From an uncultured archaeon (lineage in GTDB: Archaea > Thermoproteota > Nitrososphaeria > Nitrososphaerales > Gagatemarchaeaceae): a stretch of DNA of 64,000 bases. The position numbers were made by a program, and so were the translations under genes. The notes below the pieces were generated by a model that saw only the letters and a list, made by a program, of their open reading frames with translations, was not told the origin of the DNA and searched no databases. Location: positions 1,984,001-2,048,000 of the forward strand of contig CAWCYD010000003.1 of NCBI GenBank assembly GCA_963799775.1. Direction: 5' to 3'. Of this stretch, positions 28,962 to 39,474 are shown one piece after another. The first letter of the stretch is position 1, and every line of letters starts with the position of its first letter.

Positions 28962-31394
28962 TTGCCGGGGCCCGAGCCGACCAAGGGGCGTCCTGCGGTG
29001 AAGCGCTGGGTCGGCAAGTCGATCAAGATCAAGGAGGACCGCAGATTTGTCCAGGGCAAGGGCCTCTACTCCGACGACATCAAGCTGGAGCCGTTGCTCC
29101 AGGCCGCCGTCCTCAGGAGCCCGCACGCGCACGCGAGGATCAAGAGCATCGACGTCTCAAAGGCCAAGAAGCTCAAGGGCGTCGTCACAACCCTCACAGG
29201 CCCGGAGCTCTCGAAGCTCACGGACCCGATGCCGAGCAGGACCGGCTATCCCATCAAGGAGTACGCGATGGCAGTCGAGAAGGCCGTCTACGCAGGCCAG
29301 CCCATAGTCGCGGTCGCGGCCGAGACGCGCGGGATTGCCGAGGACGCCCTGGACCTCATCCAGGTGGAGTACGAGCCCCTCCCTGCCGTCGTCGACCCCG
29401 AGGAGGCGATGAAACCCAACGCGCCCAGGATCTTCAAGGACGTGGAGAACAACACCTTCTTCTCGATAAAGCTGGAGTACGGGGACACCGCGAAGGCCTT
29501 CCGCGACGCCGACCTCGTCCTCAAGGAGCGCTTCTCGGTCCACAGGTATAGCTCGACGCCCCTCGAGCCGGACACGGTGGTGGCGCACTACGACAGGTCG
29601 CAGAACCTCCTCACCTACTACTGCAACGCCACGGGCTCCGGCTACCTGAGGGCGCAGACCAAGGGCTTCCCGGTCAAGGATGTCAGGGTGAGGTTCGTGA
29701 TCCCCGACATCGGAGGGACCTTCGGCGAGAGGTTCAGCGTCGCCCTGCAGGACATGACGATCGTCTCGCTCCTCTCCTGGAAGGCGGGCAAGGCAGTGAA
29801 GTATGTCAAAGACAGGCGGGAGATGCTGATGGCGGGGACGGAGGGCGCGAGGGACGCCGTCTACTACATGGAGATGGCGCTCAAGAAGGACGGCAGCATC
29901 CTCGGGCACAGGCTCAAAGACATCACGAACGAGGGAGGCTCCGCCTACTACGCCGGCTACTACAACACGATCAAGCTCACGAACATCACGGGCCTCTACA
30001 AGATGAAGAACGTCGCGCTCGACGCCTACTCGGTCGCCACCAACAAGGGCCCCGGAGGGTCGAACCGGGGCCTGAGCAAGCCTCACATGGGCTTCATCCT
30101 CGAGAGGATGGTCGACCTAGCCGCGAAGAAGCTCGCGCTCGACCCGGCCGAGATCCGCCGCAGGAACCTCATCAGCGCAGACGAGCTTCCCTACCGCACC
30201 CCGAGCGGGAACGTCATCGACGCGGGCAACTTCCAGGAGCTGCTCGAGAAGGCCCTGAAGGCCGTCGACTACGAGGGGTGGAGGGCTAAGCAGAAGGCGC
30301 TCCGGAAGAAGGGCAGGCACATCGGGATAGGCATCGCCTGCAACGTCGACCCAGGAGGCGCGAACCCAGGGAGGGAGCACATGGCCCGGGGCGGCTCGCG
30401 CGTCCCCGGCCAGAGGCTGACAGGCGCGACGGTCAGGATGGACCCGCTCGGGAAGGTCACGGTCCAGATCGCCGCGACGAACTGGGGGCAGAGCCACGAG
30501 ACCACCACCTCACAGGTCGTGGCAGACGAGCTCGGGGTCGCCCCGGACGACATCGAGGTCTCCTCCGTCTTCGACAGCTTCAGCAACCCGTGGTCGAGCC
30601 ACTCGGGGACGGGCGCCGACAGCTTCACCAGCGTGGACATGGGAGCGATAGTGGCCGCGTCGCGGAAGGTGAGGGCGAAGATCTTGAGGTTCGCCGCGAT
30701 GCTCCTCGACGCAAGCCCCGATGACATCCAGCTAGACGAGGGCAAGGCGTTCGTCGTGGGGGCACCCGACCGCTACGTCCCGATGGCAGACGTCGCCGCA
30801 TCCGCCTACGACAGGGTGAGGGCCGAGACGCTTCCCCCTGGTGTCGAGCCCGGCCTTCATGAGACTGCCTACTACTTCTACCCCTACGCGGACCTCCCCG
30901 ACGAGAAGAAGAGGGTCTCGGCCCACAACAACTACGGGAGCCAGGTCAACGTCGCCGTCGTCGAGGTGGACGTCGAGACCGGGAGGACCCACATCCTGAG
31001 ATACGTCGTCACTCACGACGCGGGCACCCTCATCAATCCGATGGTGGTTGAGGGGCAGATACACGGGCACGTCGCCCACATCGTCTCCGCCGCGCTGGGG
31101 GAGGAGATGGTCTGGGCCCCCGACGGGCAGATGCTCACCTCGACCTTCGCGGACTACATGAAGAACACGGCCGTCGACTCGCCGGACATAGAGGTCAGCC
31201 ACTTGGAGTATCCATCGCCCTACACGGCAACCGGCGGGAAGGCTGTGGGCGAGGGACCGACCATCCCGGTCTTCCCGGCGGTGGCCAACGCCGTGGAAGA
31301 CGCCCTCTCTGACTACGGCGTGAAGATAACGGACCTCCCCCTTCTCCCCTCGAAGCTCTGGACCTTGATCCAGGCAAGCCGCGCCAAACGCTGA
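28962..31394 (+). CDS. Xanthine dehydrogenase family molybdopterin-binding large subunit
   Basis: EDRRFVQGKGLY, RSPHAHARI, GQSHETT, INPMVVEGQ, GKAVGE; active-site loop SNRGLSKP is not CODH-type. Confidence 0.93.
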   Translation: MPGPEPTKGRPAVKRWVGKSIKIKEDRRFVQGKGLYSDDIKLEPLLQAAVLRSPHAHARIKSIDVSKAKKLKGVVTTLTGPELSKLTDPMPSRTGYPIKEYAMAVEKAVYAGQPIVAVAAETRGIAEDALDLIQVEYEPLPAVVDPEEAMKPNAPRIFKDVENNTFFSIKLEYGDTAKAFRDADLVLKERFSVHRYSSTPLEPDTVVAHYDRSQNLLTYYCNATGSGYLRAQTKGFPVKDVRVRFVIPDIGGTFGERFSVALQDMTIVSLLSWKAGKAVKYVKDRREMLMAGTEGARDAVYYMEMALKKDGSILGHRLKDITNEGGSAYYAGYYNTIKLTNITGLYKMKNVALDAYSVATNKGPGGSNRGLSKPHMGFILERMVDLAAKKLALDPAEIRRRNLISADELPYRTPSGNVIDAGNFQELLEKALKAVDYEGWRAKQKALRKKGRHIGIGIACNVDPGGANPGREHMARGGSRVPGQRLTGATVRMDPLGKVTVQIAATNWGQSHETTTSQVVADELGVAPDDIEVSSVFDSFSNPWSSHSGTGADSFTSVDMGAIVAASRKVRAKILRFAAMLLDASPDDIQLDEGKAFVVGAPDRYVPMADVAASAYDRVRAETLPPGVEPGLHETAYYFYPYADLPDEKKRVSAHNNYGSQVNVAVVEVDVETGRTHILRYVVTHDAGTLINPMVVEGQIHGHVAHIVSAALGEEMVWAPDGQMLTSTFADYMKNTAVDSPDIEVSHLEYPSPYTATGGKAVGEGPTIPVFPAVANAVEDALSDYGVKITDLPLLPSKLWTLIQASRAKR

Positions 31395-31412
31395 GCCGAG
31401 GAGCGGATTCTT

Positions 31413-32519
31413 TCAGTTCGCCATGGGCCTGATGGCCCGCGGAGGCACGTGCACGTAGATGTCCTCGCCGTCGCCAGCGACCGAATCCACCTCGAACTTG
31501 TGCTTCGTCACGATGATCTCTGCGTTCCCGACGCGGATCCTGTTGTCCGTGACGGCGCCCCTGTACTCCCTGGCCACTATCTTCCCGCTCAGCACGTTCT
31601 CCTTGTAGTCCGGCTTGACCTTGCTCAGGCCTATCTCGTTGCGCCTTATCACGACATAAGACACGTTGTCTGGCAGCTCTCCGTCGAACTGACAGACCAG
31701 CTCGACCCCCACGTCAGGCATACTGAGGGTGGCCATCCTTGTCGCCCTGTCTACGCTCTTGACCTCGGCCTTGAGGATGTTGCCCCGCCCGATGAACTCG
31801 GCGACAAAGAGGTTCGCGGGGGTCGCATAGAGGCTCTCCGGCACGCCCTCCTGCTCGATTCTTCCATCGTGCATCAGGATGACCCTGTCGCAGATCACAA
31901 AGGCCTCCTCCTGGTCGTGGGTGACAAAGACGGTCGTTATCCCGATGCGTTTCAGGAGCTCCCTGAGCTCTCCCCGCACGCGCTCGCGCTCCTTCTGGTC
32001 CAGGTTGCTCAGCGGCTCGTCCAGCAGCAAGACCTTCGGCTGGTAGGAGATGCTCCTCGCGAGCGCGACCCTCTGCTGCTGGCCCCCGCTAAGCTGTGAG
32101 GGGTATCGGTGTTCAACCTCGGTGAGCCCCACGAGCCCGAGCGCGTCCGCCACCCTCCTCGCCTTGTCCTGCCTTGAGAACCCCTTCAGGCAGTACTCGA
32201 TGTTCTGCTTGACCGTCATGTGGGGCCAGAGAGCGTAGTTCTGGAAGACGAACCCAAGGAGCCGCTTCTCAGGAGGCACGAAGACCTTCTCCTTCGGCGA
32301 GCTCACGGTCGTCCCGTCGAGCACGATCTTTCCGGCGTCTATCTCTTCCAGACCGGAGATGCTGCGAAGGACCGTGGTCTTGCCGCATCCGCTCGGGCCA
32401 AGCAGCCCCAAGATTTCTCCGTCGCCGACCGAGAAGCTGACACCGTCGACTGCCGTCACGCCTCCGAAGCGCTTCACGAGCTCCTCGACTTGGATCTTCG
32501 GAGCCCCCTTACCTGACAC
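31413..32519 (-). CDS. ABC importer ATPase (Fe3+/polyamine family)
   Basis: GPSGCGKT, LSGGQQQRVALAR, LLLDEPLSNLD. Confidence 0.95.
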   Translation of the reverse strand: MSGKGAPKIQVEELVKRFGGVTAVDGVSFSVGDGEILGLLGPSGCGKTTVLRSISGLEEIDAGKIVLDGTTVSSPKEKVFVPPEKRLLGFVFQNYALWPHMTVKQNIEYCLKGFSRQDKARRVADALGLVGLTEVEHRYPSQLSGGQQQRVALARSISYQPKVLLLDEPLSNLDQKERERVRGELRELLKRIGITTVFVTHDQEEAFVICDRVILMHDGRIEQEGVPESLYATPANLFVAEFIGRGNILKAEVKSVDRATRMATLSMPDVGVELVCQFDGELPDNVSYVVIRRNEIGLSKVKPDYKENVLSGKIVAREYRGAVTDNRIRVGNAEIIVTKHKFEVDSVAGDGEDIYVHVPPRAIRPMAN

Positions 32520-32654
32520 GTCGGTTTCATCGAAGTCGTCTCAGTATATAATTCGAGCGACTCCGAAGTTTGCTGACCCGTTCCCCTCCGGAAAATCTGG
32601 TTAGGATAATGCGAACTGAAGGGATAAGTAGTTCACGAGGGATTTCGAGCCATA

Positions 32655-33959
32655 ATGTATAGACGGTCAGGGGTCTCTCAAACTGTCACAGCTCTTGCTG
32701 TCGTGGTGATTATTCTCGCAGCCGCAGCGGCGTACGCGTTTTCGCGTTCCGGCGGGACCACGACTTCGACGGTGACGTCCTCTATCACCGGGACAGGTTC
32801 GACGGCGACCGTGACCTCGACCGCCACGTCCGTCTCAACCTCAACCGCGACATCAACGTCGACGGCGACGGCGACCTCGGTGTCCACGACGACCGCGACT
32901 ACCACGGCCACGTCGACCACGACGGCGACCTCGACTACTACCGCGACCTCGACCACCACGCAGCTCCAGGACCTGGCGACCGCCGCTCAGGCTGAATGCG
33001 CCAGCGCGGGGTCCAACTGCCTCACGATCCTGACCACGCAGTCCGCCACCAACTGGGCTAACTGCTACGGTCCGTCATTCTACGCCACGTATCCCTGGGC
33101 CAACGGCAAGGTGACCTACACGAGCCTCTCCACAGCCGCGGAGACCACACAGCTGATATCAAACTATCAGGCCCACTCCGTCCAAGCTGACATCGCAACC
33201 GGCACTTTGGCAGGCTTGGAGCCCGCCATAGCGGCAGGGACTGTGATTAACTACACGACTCCCCAACTCGCCCTGATGAACTACTCGTCGACCGCGTATG
33301 GGCCAAACTGGATCACAACCAACATCGCCATTGTGCACTTGATCTACAACCCGACGGTGATGAAGGCGGACAACCTCCCCATACCGACGAGCTGGGCTGC
33401 CTTGGCGAACCCCGTCTACAAGAACCAGATAGCCTTCCAGACGGCGACCGCTCTGGGCATAACGACGGCTGAGTTCTACTACCTGTCCACCACGATGACC
33501 AACTCGAGCTGGACGACCCTGATGCAGGGCATCGCCGCGAACAACCCGAAAATCGAGCAGACGGCCGGCAACGCAGAGCAGGACGTCATAAGCGGGCAGG
33601 ATGCCCTGGGGGTCGCCACCTTCGACGACTATGTCTCTGACCTAAAGGGCGGCGTGAGCCCGACCCAGCTCGCGTTCGACGACATCGAGCCGATCGTCTA
33701 CACGCCGGGAGTGGTCACGATAACGGCCGGAGCGCCCCACCCTAACATGGCGAAGCTGTTCGAGGCCTGGTACATCTCAATCCCCGGCCAGCTGGGCGTG
33801 CTGTGCACCAACCACGACCCATACCAGTCTCAGCTCTCGGGCAATCTCCTGACGTATCTGCCGTCTGACTACAGGCTCACGAACGCATACGTGAACACGG
33901 CGCTCCTCACGGACACGGCCAACTGGAGTCAGCTGTTCAAGAACATCTTCGGCGCCTAG
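32655..33959 (+). CDS. ABC solute-binding protein with long Thr/Ser linker
   Basis: RRSGVS signal plus TM, T-rich linker, APHPNMAKLFEAW. Confidence 0.88.
   Translation: MYRRSGVSQTVTALAVVVIILAAAAAYAFSRSGGTTTSTVTSSITGTGSTATVTSTATSVSTSTATSTSTATATSVSTTTATTTATSTTTATSTTTATSTTTQLQDLATAAQAECASAGSNCLTILTTQSATNWANCYGPSFYATYPWANGKVTYTSLSTAAETTQLISNYQAHSVQADIATGTLAGLEPAIAAGTVINYTTPQLALMNYSSTAYGPNWITTNIAIVHLIYNPTVMKADNLPIPTSWAALANPVYKNQIAFQTATALGITTAEFYYLSTTMTNSSWTTLMQGIAANNPKIEQTAGNAEQDVISGQDALGVATFDDYVSDLKGGVSPTQLAFDDIEPIVYTPGVVTITAGAPHPNMAKLFEAWYISIPGQLGVLCTNHDPYQSQLSGNLLTYLPSDYRLTNAYVNTALLTDTANWSQLFKNIFGA
32755..32960 (+). repeat. Low-complexity coding repeat (TTTATS-like units)
   Basis: Repeated ACGACGGCGACCTCG-like units encoding the Thr/Ser/Ala linker. 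Confidence 0.7.
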
Positions 33960-34043
33960 CCCGCGAGACGGCCCGGTGAGCTGCCCAAGTTGACGACCGG
34001 CGACCGGGCCACCGCGCTCTTTTAGCGTCGGCCTGGACTAGGG

Positions 34044-35749
34044 GTGTCTGGGCGAGGGATGTACAAGAGCAAGCTGCTCATAGTCGTCGTCACCGCCGTA
34101 TTCCTCCTCCTGCTCATCCCCGTCTTCGCGCTCCTCGTCGGGCTCTCCCTCTTCCCGTCGCTTGGCACGACTACCTACTCGCTCGTGGGCTACCTCACGT
34201 TGCCCAGCACCCTCTCGGTCGTCGAGAGCACTCTCGAGTTCAGCATAGTGAGCGCCGTCTTCACGACGATCTTCGCGGTCAACTACGCCTGGTTCATCGC
34301 GCGGACGGACGTGTATGGCAAGCGATTCCTCGAGCTCCTCCCCGTCCTCGGGCTCAGCGTGCCTCTGCTGTTCAAGGCCTTCGCGTGGTCCTATCTACTC
34401 AACCCGAACGCGGGGATAATCAACGTCATCCTCAACCACATCCTGGGTCGTGGGGTCCTAAACTTCGACATCTACTCCATGGCGGGGCTGATCTTCGCCC
34501 AGTCCTTCACCAACGTTCCGCTCGCCTATCTCGTGATCCTGCCGGCGATGAAATCAATGGACTCCAACCTGGAGGAGGCCTCGAGGATAGCCGGAAAGGG
34601 GATCCTCGCGACCTTCAGGGACGTGACCTTCCCGATCCTCAGGCCTGCGATATTCTCGGCTTTCGTGCTCGCCATCATCGGCGGTGTGGGGACACTCGAG
34701 TTCCCGTACCTCCTAGGGCTCCCGGGGCGCGTCCACGTCCTTGCGACGGATGGTCCTCTTCTGGACCCAGGAGCGTGTCCCTCCGGCTCTACGGGACCGC
34801 GGCCGAGGTCAGCGTCCTCTACGCCCTCGTCACCTTGGTCGCGGTGACCATCTACATCTGGTCGACGAGGCGAGCGTTCAGATTCCAGGTCGTGACAGGA
34901 CGCTCCGGCTCTCACAGCGTCCAGAAGCTCGGCCGCATGAGGTATCTGGCCCTCCTCATCTGCTTTGGCATAGTCTTCTTCGAGTTCATCCTCCCGTTCC
35001 TCACCCTCTTCCTCATGTCCATCAGCAACATCTACGGAAGCCAGCTGGTAAACCTCAAGCTCAATTTTCCAAGCGCATACATCAACGCTCTTGAGATCCC
35101 CGGGCTCTTCTCGTCCCTCCAGACCTCGATAGAGTTCGGGGTCATCGCCGCGACGGTGGCCACCATCGTCGGGTCTCTGCTGTCATACGCCGCCTACAAG
35201 GTCAAGTCCCGGGGCGCGAGGCTGGCTGAATACATCTCGGCTCTGCCTCTCGCCTTCCCGGGAGTCGTCTACGGCGTCGCCCTTTTCTGGACCTTCCTCC
35301 TCGTCCCTGGGCTCCACCTCATCTACGGGACAATCTGGCCTCTCGTGATATCGCTGGTCTTCATCCGGCTTCCATTCTCCACGAGGATAGTCTCTGGGAA
35401 CATGGTCCAGGTCTCAAACGAGCTCGAGGAGGCCTCTCAGGTGAGCGGGTCGGGGTTCCTAAGGACCTTCACGAGGATACTACTCCCACTCACACGCACC
35501 GGCCTCTTCAACAGCTTCGTCTACACTTTCATCGACTCGCTCAGGGAGCTCGGCGGGGTCATCCTCCTCGCTACCGCGCAGAGCATGACATTCACGGTGC
35601 TACTCCTCCACTTCTACAACACTGCGACGCTCTTCAGCGACATCAACGTCGTCGCGGCCGCTGCTGTGATGTTCACGGGGATGATCGGACTCTTCCTAAC
35701 GCTAGGTGCCATCTTCCTGCACTTTTGGGGCAGGAAACGGGGAATCTGA
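34044..35749 (+). CDS. ABC importer permease, FbpB-like (two frameshifts, ~34750 and ~34787)
   Basis: LEEASRIAG and LEEASQVSG EAA loops in successive ORFs. Confidence 0.88.
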
Positions 35750-35850
35750 CTGGACTCTTTCAGGTTCTCTGATGACCTTTAGTTTGCCGGCGACTCCCCG
35801 GGAAGGCATATCTATCTACGTGGCCTCACACAGAATCGGGGAGACGATTC

Positions 35851-36835
35851 ATGAGCTCTAGAGACCCCGTCAAGAAGGCCAAGAAAGAAGGGCGGGCCTG
35901 GTCTTCGGCACGGTCGAGATCGACGAGTTCGCGGGCTGGAAGAAAGCATTCGAGAAGAAGTACCCGGGCATCGAGATAGAGTACCAGCGGAGGTACGTCC
36001 CCGGCGACCCCGCCTCCGATGGCCCAGAAGATAATGGACGACACCAAGGCCGGGAAAGAGACCGCCGACGCGGTCATAGTCGCCGTCCCTCCGCTGCTCC
36101 AATTCAAGGCCCTAGGCCTCCTCTCGAGGATGAAGTCGAAGGAGATGGCGGCTTACCCGCCCTTCTCCCGCCAGCCCCAAGGATACTGGTTCCCGATAGT
36201 CTCGATAGGCATGATACAGGTCTACAACCCGAAGCTCGTCGGGAAGAATGAACCTGCCCAAGACCGCCCTCGACCTCGCAGATCACAAGTGGAAGGGGGC
36301 CATAGTGGCCCACGACCTGAGCATCGGGACCCTCGGGGCATACTGGCTGGCGTCCCTGCGGCCCATACTCGGCGAGAAGAAGTGGCGCAAGCTGGTCGAG
36401 GGCCTCGCCAAGAACAAGCCCAAGCTCTTCCCCCTCTACGACACGGTTGTCGACTCGGTTTGCAACGGCGAGTCGAAGATAGGTCTGACAGTCCTGCTCC
36501 ACGACTACGTCAAGGCCAAGGAGGCCAAGCGCGACATCCAGCGCCTCAAGCTCAAGGACGTCCCCACAATGCTGACGTTCAACGCCATCGCGAAGACGTC
36601 CAAGGGAAGGCACCCCGCCTCGACCCAGCTGATAATCGACTACCTCCTCTCGAAGGAAGGCCAGGAGAAGATAGGCAGCACCTACATCAGAATACCGACG
36701 AGGAAGGGCGTGCGCTCTCCGTACACCATCGACAAGCTGGCGCCGAAGGAGAAGCTCGTCGGTTTCCCCAGCGAGGATATGCTACGCGACGCTCCGGACT
36801 CGATAGCGACGCTCGCCAAGCTCTTCGCGCATTAG
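35851..36835 (+). CDS. Solute-binding-protein fold without signal peptide (about three frameshifts)
   Basis: Reconstructed MSSRDPVKKAKKEG.VLVFGT...AFEKKYPGIEIEY...VYNPKLV..LPKTALDLADHKWKG...HPASTQLIIDYLLSKEGQ. Confidence 0.75.
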
Positions 36836-36864
36836 CGCCAGGGAACTCGCGGCTCTGGCCGAGG

Positions 36865-37854
36865 CTACGGAAGCCCGACAGACTTGTACTTCTCGATCAG
36901 GGAGTGCGGGGAGAAGGCGTCCTTGACTCCGCGCTCGTCTGGGAAGTACTTCATCGCGGTCGTCGGGTTCTTGAACTCGGTGTTGTACTTCATCGTCGCT
37001 CCCGGCCTGGTCGGGATCAGGCCCTCGTAGAGCTTGCCCATGCTGTTCTGCCACTCGGCGGAGAGAAGGTGATTGATGAACCTCTCGGCGTTGTTCTGGT
37101 GCCTCCCTCCCTTGACGATTCCAATGCTTCTCATGCTGGCCGTCTTGGGGACGTCAGACAGGTTGAGGGTCTCGACCTCCCAGCCGACCTTGATCAGCGG
37201 GAGAGGCAGCCCTATCGCGTAGCTTCCCCTGGAGACGTACTTCTGCATGTTGTGGTAGCAGGCGAAGACCGCGGGCTGCGTGTTCTTGAGGAAGGCCTTT
37301 ACGAACTCGTCCCACTTCTTCTCCCCGATCAGCTGGAGAAGGGTCGCGAAGTAGAAGAAGGAGTACATCCCGTCGGACCAGTCCTGGGTCGACTGCATGG
37401 AGACCAGCCCCTTTAGCCCCGGGTTGGTGAGGTCCCACAGCTTGTTCGGGACGAGCTTGGGATCGAGGAACTGGCGGTTGTAGATGAAATTCGTGGGCTC
37501 GACCGCGATGGCCGACCACATCCCATCTTTGTCCTTGAACATGGGGTCGTAGGCCTTGAGCTCTGGAGAGCGATATTCGCGGAGGTGCCCCGATTGCTTC
37601 AGCATCAGCGTCGTGTAGTGCGGGAGCATCACCACGTCGGCGGTCGGGATGCCGTACTTCACCTCAGCCCTGACCTTCTCGACCACCTCTACCGGATGGG
37701 CCGCGTAATAGGTCAGGTCTATGTCGAGGCCGTAGTATGCATGGCGAAACTGAGTGAGGAAATCGAAAAAGGTCTTGTGGAACGGGCCATACACGATCAG
37801 CTCGTTCTCGTTTCCGTGCTTCTTGGCCTCTACCTGCTCGGGATGTACCTGCAT
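36865..37854 (-). CDS. Solute-binding-protein fold without signal peptide
   Basis: NELIVYG, ADVVML, IYNRQ..PNKLWDLTNP, HQNNAERFINHLLSAEWQ; TTATAT box about 30 nt upstream of ATG 37854. Confidence 0.82.
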   Translation of the reverse strand: MQVHPEQVEAKKHGNENELIVYGPFHKTFFDFLTQFRHAYYGLDIDLTYYAAHPVEVVEKVRAEVKYGIPTADVVMLPHYTTLMLKQSGHLREYRSPELKAYDPMFKDKDGMWSAIAVEPTNFIYNRQFLDPKLVPNKLWDLTNPGLKGLVSMQSTQDWSDGMYSFFYFATLLQLIGEKKWDEFVKAFLKNTQPAVFACYHNMQKYVSRGSYAIGLPLPLIKVGWEVETLNLSDVPKTASMRSIGIVKGGRHQNNAERFINHLLSAEWQNSMGKLYEGLIPTRPGATMKYNTEFKNPTTAMKYFPDERGVKDAFSPHSLIEKYKSVGLP

Positions 37855-37947
37855 TACGAACGATAACTCGGCAGCCGAGGACAATATAAGCCTTGATTTA
37901 GAATCATTCTCACAAGAAGCCCCCGATTCGAAAGGGCAGACGATTGC

Positions 37948-39438
37948 TCAGGCCGGTTCCTCCTCGAGCGATGTCGCCCTCGAATCTTCCCCCGAGATTC
38001 TACGGCTGCCCCTCAGAGCCGAGGGGATTATCGCGAGGAGGCAAAAGGCGGCCGAGACGAGAAAGACGACGTGGATCCCCTGGACGTAGTCCCCTGCGAA
38101 GGCCGCCCCTCCGCCCGGATACGCCCCCGCGAACATGTCGTCAAGGGCTACGATGGGGACCACGAAGGACATGATTACGAACGCCAGGCTCCTGCTCACG
38201 CTGTTCCCAACGTTGATGAGCGTCGTGCTGATCCCGGCGGCGAGCCCCCTGTCCTCTGCAGGGACGGCGCTCATTACGGAAGCCCGGTTGGGCGGGGCGA
38301 ACGTCCCCATCCCGGCGCCTGTGATCATGAGCGGGATCGCTAGCTGCCAGAACGTTACGACGGAGGGTAGCTGGCTGAGCATCAAGAGGCCCACAGCGGT
38401 CGCGACCAGGCCGAGGGTGGCGACCGCACGCGGACCCGTTCTGTCCGAGAGATACCCGCCGAGCGGGCCGAAGAGCGCGATTGCAGCGGTGTTCGGGAAC
38501 AAGAACAACCCCGCCTCGAAGGGGCCGAGGTTCATGTTGGGGCCTTGGAGGTAGAAGACTAGGACGAGGAGGACGCACCCCCTTGCCAGCGAGTTCAGGA
38601 GGATGGCGACCGTCCCCGCGGCGAAGAGCCTGATGCGGAACAGCGACAGCTTGAGCATGGGGTCGGGCACCCTGGTCTCGATGAAGACGAAGGCGAAGAG
38701 GATGGCCATCCCGGTGCCGGCCAGCCCGAGGGTCACCAGCCTGTCGAGGCCCGAGACGGCGAAGAGCGAGATCCCCGCCAGGAGCAAGAACAGCCCGACG
38801 GCGAAGGCGATGTTGCCGGGGACGTCCAGCTTCTGCCCCTTCCTCCTCGTGGACTGCTCCTTCAGCTGATAGTGCGCCCAGATCGTCGCGGCGATGCCGA
38901 TGGGCACGTTGACCCAGAATATCGACCTCCACCCGGCGGCCGAGGTCAGGAACCCGCCCGCGACGAGTCCCATCACGGACCCGCCGGAGACCGCGATGGC
39001 GTTGATGCCGAGGGCCCTGCCTCGCTCGCCGAAGGGGAACGCGTCGGTGATTATCGCCGTGCTGTTCGAGAAGAGAAGGGCGGCGCCCAGCCCCTGGACC
39101 ATCCTGAAGACCACAAGCTGCAGGCCGTCCTGAGACAGGCTGCAGAGAGCGGAGCTAGCCGTGAAGACCGCGAACCCAAGGGTGTAGAGCTTGACGCGCC
39201 CGAACATGTCGCTCAGCCTCCCAAAGTTCACGAGGACAGCGGCGATGACCAGCTGGTAGCCTACGAGGACCCAGATCAGGTCGAACGGAGACGAGTTGGG
39301 TAGATCCTTCCCTATGGTCGGGAGCGCGATGAGCACGATGCTCACGTCGATGGCGGACATGGCGGCCCCGAGCGTGGTGTTGGTGAGGGCGACCCACTTG
39401 TATTGAATGCCTCTACCAAGCTTACTCGACGTGCTCAT
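37948..39438 (-). CDS. MFS transporter DHA2 family (paralog of 23928-25445)
   Basis: QYKWVALTNTTLG, FGRLSDMFGR, ERGRALG. Confidence 0.92.
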   Translation of the reverse strand: MSTSSKLGRGIQYKWVALTNTTLGAAMSAIDVSIVLIALPTIGKDLPNSSPFDLIWVLVGYQLVIAAVLVNFGRLSDMFGRVKLYTLGFAVFTASSALCSLSQDGLQLVVFRMVQGLGAALLFSNSTAIITDAFPFGERGRALGINAIAVSGGSVMGLVAGGFLTSAAGWRSIFWVNVPIGIAATIWAHYQLKEQSTRRKGQKLDVPGNIAFAVGLFLLLAGISLFAVSGLDRLVTLGLAGTGMAILFAFVFIETRVPDPMLKLSLFRIRLFAAGTVAILLNSLARGCVLLVLVFYLQGPNMNLGPFEAGLFLFPNTAAIALFGPLGGYLSDRTGPRAVATLGLVATAVGLLMLSQLPSVVTFWQLAIPLMITGAGMGTFAPPNRASVMSAVPAEDRGLAAGISTTLINVGNSVSRSLAFVIMSFVVPIVALDDMFAGAYPGGGAAFAGDYVQGIHVVFLVSAAFCLLAIIPSALRGSRRISGEDSRATSLEEEPA

Positions 39439-39474
39439 CTCTCTGAGCTAAGGCGACCGGCATGGGGGCTTAAG

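Noticed and set aside
28962-31394. Aerobic CO dehydrogenase (coxL)
   Set aside because: Active-site loop lacks AYxCSFR and AYxGAGR
32755-32960. CRISPR-like or VNTR array
   Set aside because: In-frame Thr/Ser linker of a binding protein; no constant repeat with unique spacers
36019-37416. 465-aa plus-strand ORF
   Set aside because: Chimera of a short true segment of the binding protein and off-frame or antisense read-through caused by a frameshift
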